Below, piece by piece: positions 24,862 through 37,728 of a stretch of DNA of 64,000 nucleotides. Under the pieces are notes generated by a model, which saw nothing but the letters and a program-made list of their open reading frames with translations, ran no database searches and was not told where the DNA came from. Origin of the DNA: Schmidtea polychroa (Eukaryota); the NCBI GenBank assembly GCA_044892525.1, contig CM097885.1, forward strand, positions 247,504,001 through 247,568,000. Direction: 5' to 3'. Position 1 is the stretch's first letter. Each line of letters starts with the position of its first letter. Made by a program: the position numbers and the translations under genes.

Positions 24862-27098
24862 GATCTGCCGTATTTTTGTTATTAAACAATTAATTTCAAC
24901 ATTTTGAAGAACAAGTTGAAAGATTCAGTTGCTTCTTGTTATATATAAAAATGATCATATTCACTATCGGAAATATCAGAATAAAATTTCAGAATAAAAG
25001 TTTCTATCAAGGATTTTTAATTTACCGAACTTACCGGCAAATTTACCGAGTGTTTTTTTTGCCAATTTACCGGTAAACCGGTTTACCGGTATACAATCCC
25101 TACTACCTGGTGATGACAGGAAAACTGTTTGAAATATATCATGAAAAGAATGTTTGATTGGCGTTTTCTTATAATTAAATCATTGCCATGTATGTTTAAC
25201 TATTTATTCAAAAGTAATAGGTTTAAACTTTTTAGTAAAATATTTAGAAAAAGCAATGGATATTGAGACATTAAGGTAATTATTTAAAATTTAGTAAAAT
25301 AAAGTAAGTTAATATATTATTTTAAAAATAAGTAATAGATTCTAAATAAGTAAAGCAATATTTTAAAATTAAGATAATCATGTTAAAGAAATCATGTACA
25401 CAATAACAAATTAACCAACTAAAAATATTATATCTTCAGTGTACTTTATCAAATGTTTTTTAATAAATTAATTTTTTATATGTGTTAGAATCAAACATAT
25501 TTTGAACTAAATTACAATCAGTAACCATTGTAGTGATTTTGCAGGTGTTTTGTTATTTTTTTTTATAGAAACAATTATTAAAAACATTTGTTTTAATATT
25601 TAGTATTATATAGATAACTTTTATATAGATAAGACAATAAAAATATAATTAAATAGCATAAGTAATTAAAATAACTAATTAATAAATTATAATAAAATAA
25701 CTAGATAGAAGTAATTAAATTAAAATAAAATAATAATAAACATATAATAAAATAATTAATTAATAAATGTAATAAATTAAAAATTAACAGAAGTATTAAT
25801 TAAAATCAAATAATAATAAAAATATAATAAAAATATAATAAAATGTAATTAAATTAAATTAAAAATAAATAAATAAAATAAATGATTCGATTGGTCTATA
25901 TTTGATCTTGACCTTTCATGACCTTGAAAGTGGGTTGGAGTCCTTACTACATACTGCTCTTATAACATCTTAAATAAAAGTAAAATAATTTAATGAATCA
26001 ATTTATATCAATTCCAATTATATCTAAAGTTCTCAAATATTAATAGTCTGTTCTAAACCATTGTCTTTTAGAGATATAAATATCCAAACAAATGACCTTA
26101 ATGCATTCAAAACTGACATTCATCAACAGTTTTATTTCAACTTACATTTGTTTGAGTTCGTCTAAAGTAGTTCAAAATAAATTTGAATATGCAAAATGCC
26201 GAATATAAAAATATATAAAAGGCAAAAATTTACAAAAATTCAGAATTAATTAAAATTTGAAAAATTGATGTATTTCAAAGGGAATTTACGGATAGTAAGT
26301 GTTGAGACGAACACATAACAAATAAAAATTAAATTTACAATATTGTATCAAACCTTTTAGACTTTTAATAAAATGTTTTGAGTTGGGTCTTATTTTGATA
26401 ATAGAAGCAGAGCACGAGGAGTCAGTACCAACAATAATATTCCAATACGTTTAATGAACTAATATTGAATCATTGTTAAAGAGTGACTATTTCCTTAAGG
26501 TATTGTAATTTCACTTAAAACATTAATATTTTACCAATGAGAACTCACTGGAACATTATAATTCTACCCATTTTTTACTTTATTTTATTAAATTTTAAAT
26601 TATTACTTTAGTGCCTCAATATCCATTGGTTTTTCTAAATATTTTACTAAAAAGTTTAAACCAATTACTTTTCCTTAATTTACCATAATTTGCTTTAATG
26701 TTAGACAATTACGGTAATGGTATCACCTTCATTTCTCAATACCTATCGATTCTTCTAAATATCTAACTAAATTTTAAATCTAATACTTATTTTAAAAATA
26801 TTACACTAATTTAAATTAATTTACTAAATTTTAAAATATTACCTCCATTTTTCGAATGTCATCGATTCATCAAAATCTATTACTAATGTTTAAAATATTG
26901 CCTTAATTTACTTTAATTTAAAATAATTAGCAAAATTTCACGTCTCCATTGATCCATAATTGACCATAAATTCTGGTACACAAATCTAGAGACCTTTTAA
27001 TACTTTGGCTTTTTTAACTAGGCCTGGATTTTGTATAGAAAAAGTTATATAAACCTTAAAATCGTAGCACGACGTTTAATACGTTGACAGTTGGTACA

Positions 27099-27910
27099 GG
27101 TCACTTAATCACTATGTCACTTAATGCCACGTCAATTAATCCCTGAGACACAATTCCATACTATACTCAAATATATATATATATACATATATTGACCATG
27201 TGTGCAATATTCGGCTGTACGAGCAAAGGAAGAAAAACTGTTATACATTGTAATTTTGAATTGACTAAGCATCGCGACAATGCTAACGGAACGACAGCAT
27301 GGTGCTATATAAACTCGGTACAGTTTCACAGCAAAACTCGTCTGATCACAAGAGGTGATCAAATAATCAACATTAAAAATCCGGAGCATACCCACCAAGG
27401 CAATGAATCCATTGCACAAGCTCGAAAGGCCGTATCCAAAATAAAGTCGGCCATGGATGGCATCGGAGTTACACCATCTTCTTCTCAAGGAATTTTATCC
27501 GTAAATCTTACGGATGATCTACTAATGGCACTTCCGAAGCGGTCAACTTCTACAGGGAGTGACAGATGTTGTTCATCCACCAAAGGAGATGTATTGGCGG
27601 CTGCAAAAACGCATTGAAGAAGCCGTTGCAGCATACGGTCGAACTGAAATCCTGGTGTTCCTTTGTGCAATGTCGCATCTGTCTCACGCATAATTTGAGA
27701 CGCACTGTCATAAATAAACTTTGAAATGATTAAATTTTTTTATGAAAGTGAACTATGTATTAAATGTCGTGGTATCCATTGTCGTGGGATTATATGTCGT
27801 TGGGATTAATTGTCGTAGGGAATATTTGACATAGGGATTATTTGACGTAGGGATTAAATGTTATGTATTAAATGTCGTGGTATTAAGTGTTGTGGTATTA
27901 AATGTCACCC
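27099..27910 (+). mobile_element. deleted Mutator-like element with FLYWCH zinc-finger ORF fragment (27192-27617)
   Basis: SKGRKTVIH.NFE..KHR....TAW...EHTH FLYWCH-like motif; both ends are built of ~20-bp tandem units (TGTCGTGGGATTAA-like) in inverted orientation. Confidence 0.7.
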
Positions 27911-28399
27911 TTAAAATACTTTGGCTTTTTTAATGAGAACAGGATTCCATGTACAAAGATTTTAAAGACTTAAAATACCACATCAATATAGTGTGAATTT
28001 ATTAAAATACAGTGTAACCTCCGGCAGCAATGAAAATACCCTGTAAAAATTTTCCCTATGGGAGGGGGAGGGTAGGGTATCCCAGATGGTCGTGGGGTCG
28101 GGGGCTGCTAGCTACTTACTGAAGATGCTGACTGCTTTTCAATAGATTAAGAAATTAACTACGGCTTTTCCTTATGAAGAATTTATAGATAAAATAGTCT
28201 TATTTGCTGTCTTTCAAAGTATTTACTGCCTTATTTTTCATTTTTAAAACTAGATATCTTCGTTGTTACTTTATGATATATTTTAGTTTATTTTTTTATA
28301 ATTTTTCAAATAACATTTTAGAACTTGATAAATAAACTTTGATATATTATTTTTTTTTATTTTATACAATATTTTATACAAAAAAAGAGATTATTTTGA

Positions 28400-29150
28400 A
28401 CAATAGACCCTCAGAGTATATTGGCGGCATTTTTATTAACACCAAGAATATGGGAAATGGAATTTCATATATTCAACAGAGCGCATCAAGATATTAGATT
28501 AGAACTTGAATATCCAGAAGAAATCAGATCTCCGAAGTTTCTGAATCTGAAAATTAAACTTGAATTACCCACTTCAACATATCGATTCTACAAAGAACCC
28601 TCTCTCAAAGTAATATTTAAGCAATAAAAAGAGAAAACTTAAGGTGGTTAATTGTCATTGGGTCAGCAATACAAGGATACATTGAAGAACAAGCTGATAA
28701 AATTGTATGACTATATAAATTTTTATGCAAATCCACATCGCATTTCATCATGCTGTTATAAGTCGCCTAATGAATAGCAGAAAATGATACCAAAATAAAG
28801 GGCAAAAATTCAAGAGCAAAGATCTCTAACAATTTCTCTTTCGGTAGTAGTTGTAAGACTTAAATGTTTATAAGAAACAATTCTACAAATTGCATGAAGT
28901 AAATCCTATCTTTTATAGGCATAGTGTGTGGTACTTCATCTCCGAAATATAAAACAATGCAGGTAGTTCTTCCTGAAGTATAAAACGAAAGCACATATTA
29001 AATAGTGACATACATAAAAGGACCATTGAATGTCTCAAACTTTATTTGAGTTATTTGATATTCAGTGGTCTTCAAAATGCTTTTTTTCAGCGACAAATTG
29101 AATTTAATCGAATACAAAACTATCTCGAAAGCCACAGAACAACAACGCTT
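28400..29150 (+). pseudogene. decayed Penelope-like RT thumb/endonuclease region
   Basis: FNRAHQDIRLELEYP..PKFLNLKI resembles the fN..hp.I.FT.E...pFLDl motif; many stops. Confidence 0.5.
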
Positions 29151-30479
29151 TGAATCATAATTTCAAAAAATTCCAAAAAACATTCAACTTAACAAAATCA
29201 TACCTCAAAATTAAACAAAAAACATCAACTCCTCGTGTATATGTGCGCACCCAACAGACAAAGCCAAATAACTATCACGCACACAGACGCGACAACAGAA
29301 ATTGAACACTAGATATCAAACGTGATTCAATAAAATTTTAAATCAAAAAACGCTAAGGTAACATGAAAATAAAAGATTTGGATCCTATTTGGAGAGACTA
29401 CGAAATTTTATAAACGAAAATATTTATATTTGAAAATTCTTTATTTTTTATTGCAGGTAGTTTAATGTCAATTTTGTTCATGACACACACACACACACAA
29501 ATACACTTTGGTGTATTTCCTATAATAAATAATTATTTAATTATATTACAAATAATTTCAGGTGACTGTTTTGAAGAAGTTTTAACAAATTTCGATACTC
29601 ACAATTAAATTTTATATTCATTATTAAATTTTAAAAAATATAAATATCAATTAAATGCTATAAAAATTTAAAAATGAATTTCTAAAATAAATGAACGTTA
29701 AAAACTCAAAAAAAAATAGATGAAATTTAATTGAACAAATCCATTGAATTGGTGATAATTCATCGCGCTTGATTCATTCAAATTATGTACTTCATTCATC
29801 AACCATTCAGCTCACTTAAACAAGAAATAATTTTGGCCATTTTAAATATTTCGGTTATCATTACAAAGATTCATTGGATTTTTGTACATAAAATTGAAAT
29901 AANNNNNNNNNNNNNNNNNNNNNNNNNNNNNNNNNNNNNNNNNNNNNNNNNNNNNNNNNNNNNNNNNNNNNNNNNNNNNNNNNNNNNNNNNNNNNNNNNN
30001 NNNNNNNNNNNNNNNNNNNNNNNNNNNNNNNNNNNTTTTCAATTCATTAAAATTTAATTTTGATAAATGCAAATAATAAAATCGAAAGTTGAAAGTAATT
30101 GTTCATAAAATTTTCAAAGTTAAACAAAAACATTTGGGAATGAAAGCAAAACATGCTCATTAATTTATTAAAAACATTGAATTTTTACATTTCCCTGTGG
30201 TTAAAAGAATACTAAATTATGCAAAAATTAATTTAATTTTCTCTTTAATTGTGTTGTTACAATATTTATGTCAATTATAATCAATTTTATATTCAGAAAT
30301 TGGTTTGTATTTAATTAAAGTTTAATTAAACTTTTTGATTTATAAATATATCTGTAAGATAATTGTTGATACGTCTTGATCTTAGAAATTCAAAAATAAA
30401 AATTGACAATCACTGAAACACAACAAATAATTTATTTAGTTTAAACAAAATGCATTATGTATTTAAACAAAACCAAAAG

Positions 30480-30700
30480 AATTACTTATAATATGTGATG
30501 TAACTGATATTGGTGAAACTCATTGAACTTTTCAGTCCTGATTCAATGAACACATTAAAAACAAAACTAGCAATTATCACGAACATTGGCAGAAATTACA
30601 CAAGAGCGTCCAATCTATAGATGAAACAAAATGTTAATTTCTAGAAGACGATTTAAAAATTCATTACAAAGATTAGTTTCCAAGAGTCATTTCATTAAAA
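30480..30700 (+). pseudogene. decayed Penelope GIY-YIG fragment
   Basis: DIGETH*TFQS*FNEHIK parallels YISETHRAFQTRLNEHVK at 24000-24070. Confidence 0.6.
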
Positions 30701-31099
30701 ACACAAACTATGCGTTAACATTCAATTCACCCGAAATCTTAAAAAAAAAAAAATTAAATTAATCATATAAATTCTATTTGTTAAATTGTCATACAGTACA
30801 TACAGAATTTATTTGTTATTTGGCCATTTTATCAGTCCATTTTACTTTAAATTTTATTAATAAATAAATTTTATTTCAGTGTTTAAATATAATTTAACAT
30901 TTATTTTTTAAGAAAGTTTTTTTTCTAATTATTTAGACATTCATTTTAGACATGGCATTATATGAAACCTTAAATTATGAGTATATCATAAAATAGATTT
31001 TTCGAAAAGAGATCGAATGGTTTCAATTTCATTTTAATCTTTATGTGGTGAATGATTATAACTATGTATGATTTTCTAAAAAAAATATTTATCCATGTT

Positions 31100-31495
31100 T
31101 TATTTCCTTGATGCAGTAAAAAACATTTTCATTTTATCTTTCAATATACGATTAATTAACTCTGCTGGCAAACCCATGATGAATGCGCTTTTAATTATGA
31201 TTTCGTTATCTATCTTGGCCAGAGATGCTAAGTTTTTGAGATCATTCAAATAGACATCTACTGGCTCATTGCACCACTTTCGTTCACGGAATCGGTCATA
31301 TGCTTGGAACATATCTATCGAATAGACATCGATTAAGGCATGTTCGATCTTCAATGTGTTGCCTTTGTCTTTCACGCTCAAATGCTGATATGCTGCAAAA
31401 GCTGGTCCATGTAGATATAAAGGAATTATTGATTCCAACTTCACGATTTTTTGAATTTTTGCCACTAGCTTCACTTTCTGAATCCACTTGTCCAT
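31100..31495 (-). pseudogene. LTR-retrotransposon Gag N-terminal (capsid) fragment
   Basis: W..KV.LVAK..IPLYLHGPAF..Y...EPVDVYLNDLK.LA...FIMGLP is typical of Gypsy gag; no pol follows. Confidence 0.7.
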
Positions 31496-31652
31496 GATAT
31501 GGCCGCGATAGCTTGTAGTTTTATTGACACAATGAAATCACAACGTTTTTTAAATTCTATTTTTATCACAATATGTACATATTAAAACAAATTTAATTAT
31601 GCAATTACACAAATGTCAAACGAATAAAAAATTCTATACATGTCAAAATATA

Positions 31653-31920
31653 GGCGACGCTCTAGTATAGGGGGCAATATAAATATAAATTAATTAATTG
31701 ATTGTAAGTTTTTATATATAGTCTGAATTTATCCGAAAAAATATTTTGTCCCCCTATGTGTATTTGTAGTAAGGGTACTGGTCACATTCAACATGTCGCA
31801 AGGGTATATTAATTATATTTTATTATATTTTATTAAATTACATATATTATTTTATATTTTATAATCAATTAATTAATTTTTATTTATATTTATATTGCCC
31901 CTCTATACTAGAGCGTCGCC
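31653..31920. mobile_element. MITE with ~40-60-bp TIRs starting GG (Merlin- or hAT-like)
   Basis: GGCGACGCTCTAGTATAGGGGGCAATATAAATATAAAT inverted at 31920; perfect 8-bp TSD AAAATATA. Confidence 0.85.
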
Positions 31921-33879
31921 AAAATATATATATTTATTTTCGAATATTTTAAAATATTTCAATATTTCTCTTATTGATTTTTGAACATGGAATCATTTCC
32001 ATCAAATTCATTTGTTATAATTCATCAATACTGAAAGTTCTTTTAGAAAATATTTTCAATATCAAATTGCTTAATTTTATGCTTGATGCCACTTTTCCGT
32101 CTCCTTTTTCAAATTGACAACATTTTTCGTTAATTTTTCGACCCCATCGAAATCACATTTGTCGTTTAGGTTGTTCCATATCTTCTCCATTACAAAAAAA
32201 ATTTGAAATTTTAATTAAGATTAGGGAAAGAATGAAACATTGTTTATTGTCTTCTTTGTCCTAATAATCCGGTTCCATAAAATATTGATAATGCCAATGT
32301 CAACAATGCAGCAATAAAGCTTCTTTATGGTTTATACATCATATTTCGAACAAAGATAATCTTCCAAATGTTTAAGCTAAAATTACGACTACTGATGGTT
32401 ATTCATTCAGAGTTTTTATAAATTCTATTGAGCTAAGAAAATCACTTATATCTAGAGGACGACGGCATGCGTGGTATTAACCTGAAATTGGTTTACGATT
32501 ATATTTTAACTATTCCCCCAACAAGCGTGGAAGCTGGACGGGCTTTCTCTTCTTCAGGGATGTAATGTACCAAAATACTTTCTTCTTTAAATGACAAAAC
32601 TTTAAATAATTTATGTTTTTTGAGATCATATTTTAATACTAAATAATTCTTTATTTTTATGTCTATCTGTTTTAAATAAATCGGTTTTAACCATTTTGTT
32701 ACTTTAAACGATAAAAGTTTTTGAACTTTTTATTTATCCTTTTGTATTTCGATTTGTGCTTTTTCCAATTTCCGGTATTGGAAGCCCTAATCTTGACATG
32801 TGCTTTTAGAAACATGGTTAATATTATATTTTATTTCAGTTTTGTCTTTAAACCATGCCTCCTTTTTTAATTAAAATTATTGATCCAAACTCGTAATTCA
32901 GCTGGACATTATTGAGTGAAATCTGAAAATTCCGATTATTATTATACGCCTGCCTAACGAGAAAATCAATAACAGTGACATCACTTGGGATTTAAAACTA
33001 CTCATTTTTGCACATTCAAATGACATATTCTCCTTGATGATACAGATTTTGAGTTATTAAAGTCACCGTGATACCAACATTTCTACTAATCTTTGTAAAT
33101 AAATTATTGAATTTTTTCTTTATTTGCTTCTTGATATAAATCATCAATGAGCATAACATTACTCTTTTGTAATCAACATTACCAATTTTTAGCGAATCCC
33201 TTAATTATTTTATAATTTTTAATTTACAGTATCTCGTTTGTGTCTATCAATGTTCTTCACTCGCTCCACAATACCAATAACACTTATTGAATTTAGATTT
33301 GGGTAAATTTTATTTGAATATTTTGCCAAAAAAATCTATTAATACTGGACCCGACAATTAGGTAAACTGCATTATTCCGTATTCCATTTTCAAAATTAAA
33401 ATATTCAGATATTGTTTATATAAATCAATTGAACGAATTATTATTAAGAATAATTTAAATAGAGATCAGAATTAATTTGATTAAAAATGTAATTAAATAT
33501 AAATTAATTCATTTTAATCTAGATATCCTTATGCGAATTATCATTGTTAAGATGGAAAAGCTTAGCTGGAAATTTTATCGGAATTAATATGATGTGCACC
33601 AGAAATAATTTAATACAGAATTTTGCTTGCGACGGGATGGGTACAATACCATTGATGAAAAGCGTTTTTTATTTTGTTGAAAATTTTTATAAAATAAAAA
33701 AAGTGAAAAGAAACAAATAGTGCAACATTTATGAAATTTAAACAAAGATTTATACACTTGAACGGTTTTGATTGGGCAACCTTTGACATGATCTTTAAAA
33801 TTAGCTATAATTTAACAATTAAATCAAATCTTTGCAAAATTTTTATCAGCGTCTGATGGCTACATTGTCAACTGAGGAT

Positions 33880-34320
33880 AGTGATGTTTTGAAAAAAGTG
33901 TTTATTAAAATCAATAGCTGTTTTCAAGTGACTTCAGAATTATTGTAAAGTAACAGGACAAAAACAAAGGATTAACTGATAAAACTTTGCAAGTCATGCA
34001 GTGTTTTCAAAATGATTGTACAAAGTGGTCTCATTGAGACACCTCGAAATATTAATTCCAATGTTTCACAATCACCAGTATCATTGTACTATAAAAAATG
34101 GAATTTACCATGAAAAATATTGAGACATGTAAGCAATAAATCCATCACACTGGAAGTTTTAGAAGTGTGAAATAAATTTGTTTTGAAATATCGAAATATT
34201 CCAAACAGCCAAACACTATATCTAGATGAAACTGGCTTTAATCTTCATACCTTCGTGGTTTCATAATGCAATACAAATGCATTATTGACAAAGACATGTG
34301 GAGTACAAGTGTAAGGTTAA
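33880..34320 (+). pseudogene. decayed Tc1/IS630-type DDE transposase
   Basis: LYLDETGFNLHT at 34216-34251; surrounding frames broken. Confidence 0.6.
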
Positions 34321-34625
34321 CAAAGAGAATTCAATAAAATACTATAACCTTTGATTAATTCATTGTTGAGATATGATTTTTTGTTGAAAAATACTTGCTT
34401 TGTGATGACCTACAACATATCAAAAGTTAATGTTTTCATAAAATACTTTTTAATCACCAAAGCTATTTAAAAAGTTGAAACACAAACCATTTGTATCGAA
34501 TTTTTCGTCCTTTCAGCGACATAATTTCATCATGGGACATGTGTGAACATTAAGCAAGATTTTTTAAATTTGAATTTTAAATATCTTTTCAATTTATATG
34601 ACAATACAGAATTTGATTTCATTAT

Positions 34626-36141
34626 AGTAGGTAGATGTGAGCCCCATGAATCAGTATGAGTTATCGCGCATATATACCCCCCCCCCCTTGCTGATAAGTT
34701 ATTGCGCGTTTGATCGATGAGTTATAGCGCATATATTGATTTTTAAGTGCAAAGTGCAAAATGTGCAAAATGTGCAAAATGTGCAAAATGTGTAAAATTT
34801 ATTCAGGTGTGCTTTTCTTACATTAAAGATTTCACCCAGACATTTTCCACGAAAAAAGATTTGTTATTTGTCGACACAGATTAATTTATATGAAATCAAC
34901 AAAAAGATTTCTTTTCAATATATATGTCACGTTTTTAAGGAATAATTTTTGGAACATTGGGAACCAAGTATATTTAGTCGAGACATCCTTAACAAAAAAG
35001 TTGCGTCTTGATTCAACTAAGAAGATTCTTTAATAAAGATCTCGAAAAATTTCTTGGTTCTCCTAGGAATTCAGAAAGTGTAATCAATCAATATTTTTGG
35101 GCTATCTTGAGAACGAGACATATTTAGTCGAGACATCCTTAACAAAAAAGTTCAACTAAGAAGATTCCGAAATAAAATCCTCGAAAAGTTTCTTGGTTCT
35201 CCCAGGAATTAAGAAAAGGTAAAATCAATCGATAATTCTCAAAAATTCGGCTATGTCCGAATGTATTATGAATTATCACGGATTTTGATTGATGAGTTAT
35301 TGCGCGTTTGATCGATGAGCTATCGCGCATATATACCCCCACCCCCCTACTGATGAGTTATTGCGCGTTTGATCGATGAGCTATCGCGCATATATACCCC
35401 CACCCCCCTACTGATGAGTTATTGCGCGTTTGATCGATGAGTTATCGCGCATATATTGATTTTTAAGTGCAAAGTGCAGAAAGTGCAAAATGTGCAAAAT
35501 GTGCAAAATTTAGTCAGATGTGCTTTTCTTACATTAAAGATTTCACCCAGACATTGTTCACGAAAAAGATTTGTTATTTGTCGACACAGATTATTTTATA
35601 TGAAAATCAACGAAAAGATTTCTTTTCGATATAAATTTCACGTTTTTAAGGAATAATTTTTGGAACATTGGGAACCAAGTATATTTAGTCGAGACATCCT
35701 TAACAAAAAAGTTGCGTCTTGATTCAACTAAGGAGATTCCGAAATAAAATCCTCGAAAAGTTTCTTGGTTCTCCCAGGAATTAAGAAAAAGTAAAACCAA
35801 TCGATAATTCTCAAAAATTCGGCTATGTCCGACGGACTTGAAATATTTTCAACCATTCTATTTATGACAGTGCATCGTAAAATTTACATATTTTGATTCG
35901 ACTTTCAGCTTTCTATAGTAGTTTTGAATGGAGATTTCAAATCTTTGTTCAAATGTATACTGTTATTGTGTCAACTATGAATATTTGTTTAAATAAACTC
36001 ATTTGATTAATATATAGAGCCAATATAAATAGAGATATTAATACCAATGTTTTTGTTTTATATGTAATTAAAATCAGAGATGTCGAATCTTTGTTTTAAA
36101 AATTATTTTTCGCGCGCAATTTAAAAAATATTTACTATTTC
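34626..36141 (+). repeat. left TIR (1516 bp) with internal duplications
   Basis: Reverse complement of 49704-51211 apart from a few indels and substitutions. Confidence 0.95.
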
Positions 36142-36180
36142 TAATTAAATTTTCAAAACAATGAAACATTTATTAAAAAA

Positions 36181-36537
36181 CTATTTGAAATATTTATACA
36201 ATTCGTTGAGTAGAATGTTTACTGTTTGTTTTCTTTTGTAAGTAATACATTCTTGACATTGATATTGACAACATGAATCTTTTAGTAATTGAGTTTGCTT
36301 TTCATATCCATACATCATAAATTTATGGTGAAAAATAATGCGCTCTATGTTAATCCCAGTTGCCTGAAATATTTTGGCTGGTGCAATTTCCGGAGCATAA
36401 TTTATAATTTCATCTTTGATTTCCGGATAAATCTCAAACACTTTATTAATTAGAATTTCTATTTGATAATCTAAACATAATTTTAAAAATTTAAGAATAA
36501 AATATATTTATTTACCGATTTCAGAAACTTGTGACAT
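36181..36537 (-). CDS. Polinton accessory protein, ~103 aa, CCxxxCxxC motif; predicted two exons (36537-36516, 36470-36181)
   Basis: Track ORF starts at GTG; removing a 45-nt G/GTAAAT...TTTAG intron joins MSQVSEI in frame to DYQIEILINKVFEIYPE. Confidence 0.6.
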
Positions 36538-36573
36538 TGTAATAAATGAAACAAATGTTAAAGTGTACAATAT

Positions 36574-37023
36574 TTATAGTTTTTGTGAACCAATCAAATC
36601 ATTTACATCATTTATAATTTTGTTGACAATCCAATTATAATTTAGAGTTTTTAAACCAAGTACAACTATTTTTCCACTAGAAAACAAGTTTACACACAAG
36701 GGGTTATAAGATATGAGACGCAAACCCGGGAATATTTCTGGTTCATATACACATTTTGTTTTCTTTGACAAATATTGCAAATTAATTAGTTGTTTGATAT
36801 CAATAGTAATTGTACAAGATTGAAGATGAACATCTTTAATATTATAATGTATGCTTTCAATAGGTTTTTTGCAACCCATTATTCGACATTTCCCTGTCTT
36901 GAAGAATATAATTGTATAATTATCAGTTTTATCTATTATTTGCTGAGGTTTACCATAAGGAAAATTCATATTTTGTATAACTTTTAATGAAACCCGTCCA
37001 CGGTAATTAATATTTACTAACAT
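36574..37023 (-). CDS. TATA-binding protein (TBP)-like protein, 149 aa
   Basis: Two TBP repeats: LVNINY...IIFFKTGKCRIMGCK and LQSCTI...YEPEIFPGL...VNLFSSGKIVVLGLK, compared with TBP YEPELFPGL...LIFVSGKVVLTGAK. Confidence 0.88.
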   Translation of the reverse strand: MLVNINYRGRVSLKVIQNMNFPYGKPQQIIDKTDNYTIIFFKTGKCRIMGCKKPIESIHYNIKDVHLQSCTITIDIKQLINLQYLSKKTKCVYEPEIFPGLRLISYNPLCVNLFSSGKIVVLGLKTLNYNWIVNKIINDVNDLIGSQKL

Positions 37024-37180
37024 TATTGAAAATAATGGATAACTCTAGGTAATTATATTGATTATTTTAAATTTTAAATATTATTATGACAACCAAATTA
37101 TGATATCATAACAACACGATTTTTAAACAGAAACATTTATTTAATAAAAATAACATAAGATATTAACATACATAATTTCT

Positions 37181-37573
37181 TTATAATTTTCCACTTACAA
37201 TCTTCCATATAGGTAATATTGCTGTACTTGGCGCTATTTTATAACCTTGAATGCAAATTTTCATATTCCATTTAGCATTAGGTTTAAATGGGATTTGATT
37301 CTCGTCTTCATCATAAAATTTCGTTGATGGACCGCCTATGAATGAACCATTTTCATTAACTATAAGTTGCTTGTTGATTCGTCCAAATATTGTAGTAATC
37401 GCTTCTTGATCTTCTTGAGAGAATTCTTCAATCCAGTAATTGTAACTAGTTTTCACTAGTTCAACAGGAATCAACAAATTGTAATTGATCGGATTGACTA
37501 GTAAATGTATTTGATGCTCATGAAAAATATAAGTTGCTTTAAATAACGGTTGCTCATTCTTCATATTCAACAT
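37181..37573 (-). CDS. hypothetical protein, possible OB-fold ssDNA-binding protein (130 aa)
   Basis: ATG-started intact ORF; TKFYDEDEN...MKICIQGY...PIWKIV resembles the C-terminal strands of NCLDV/T7 gp2.5-type SSBs (recalled pattern, not searched). Confidence 0.5.
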   Translation of the reverse strand: MLNMKNEQPLFKATYIFHEHQIHLLVNPINYNLLIPVELVKTSYNYWIEEFSQEDQEAITTIFGRINKQLIVNENGSFIGGPSTKFYDEDENQIPFKPNAKWNMKICIQGYKIAPSTAILPIWKIVSGKL

Positions 37574-37728
37574 TTGAAATAATGATAAACTTTAAGTTCT
37601 ATACACACACTGTCTCACATACATCTCTCATTTGTTCATTTTATCAACAAATCAAATACTTGTTACATTAACCAATCAAAATATGCATTAATCTTGCATA
37701 TTAATTTCAAGATACATTCATTTTTACA

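Larger units (their letters stand above)
22602..25102. mobile_element. hAT-like non-autonomous element with nested insertions
   Basis: Ends TAAGGATTGCAA / TATACAATCCCTA with TTACCGG subterminal repeats; flanks TAACCTGG / CTACCTGG (6 of 8). Confidence 0.7.

Noticed and set aside
25900-25960. GACCTT repeats and a GTAGTAAG end reminiscent of a Polinton terminus
   Set aside because: The match is too short and no associated genes or TSD were found.
35291-35460. 61-bp repeats resembling a CRISPR array
   Set aside because: The units are contiguous with no unique spacers, lie inside a eukaryotic TIR and have no cas genes nearby.
35139-35800. 66-83-aa ORFs in the TIRs (mirrored at 50045-50754)
   Set aside because: They translate repeat units, mostly use non-ATG starts and have no protein-like motifs.
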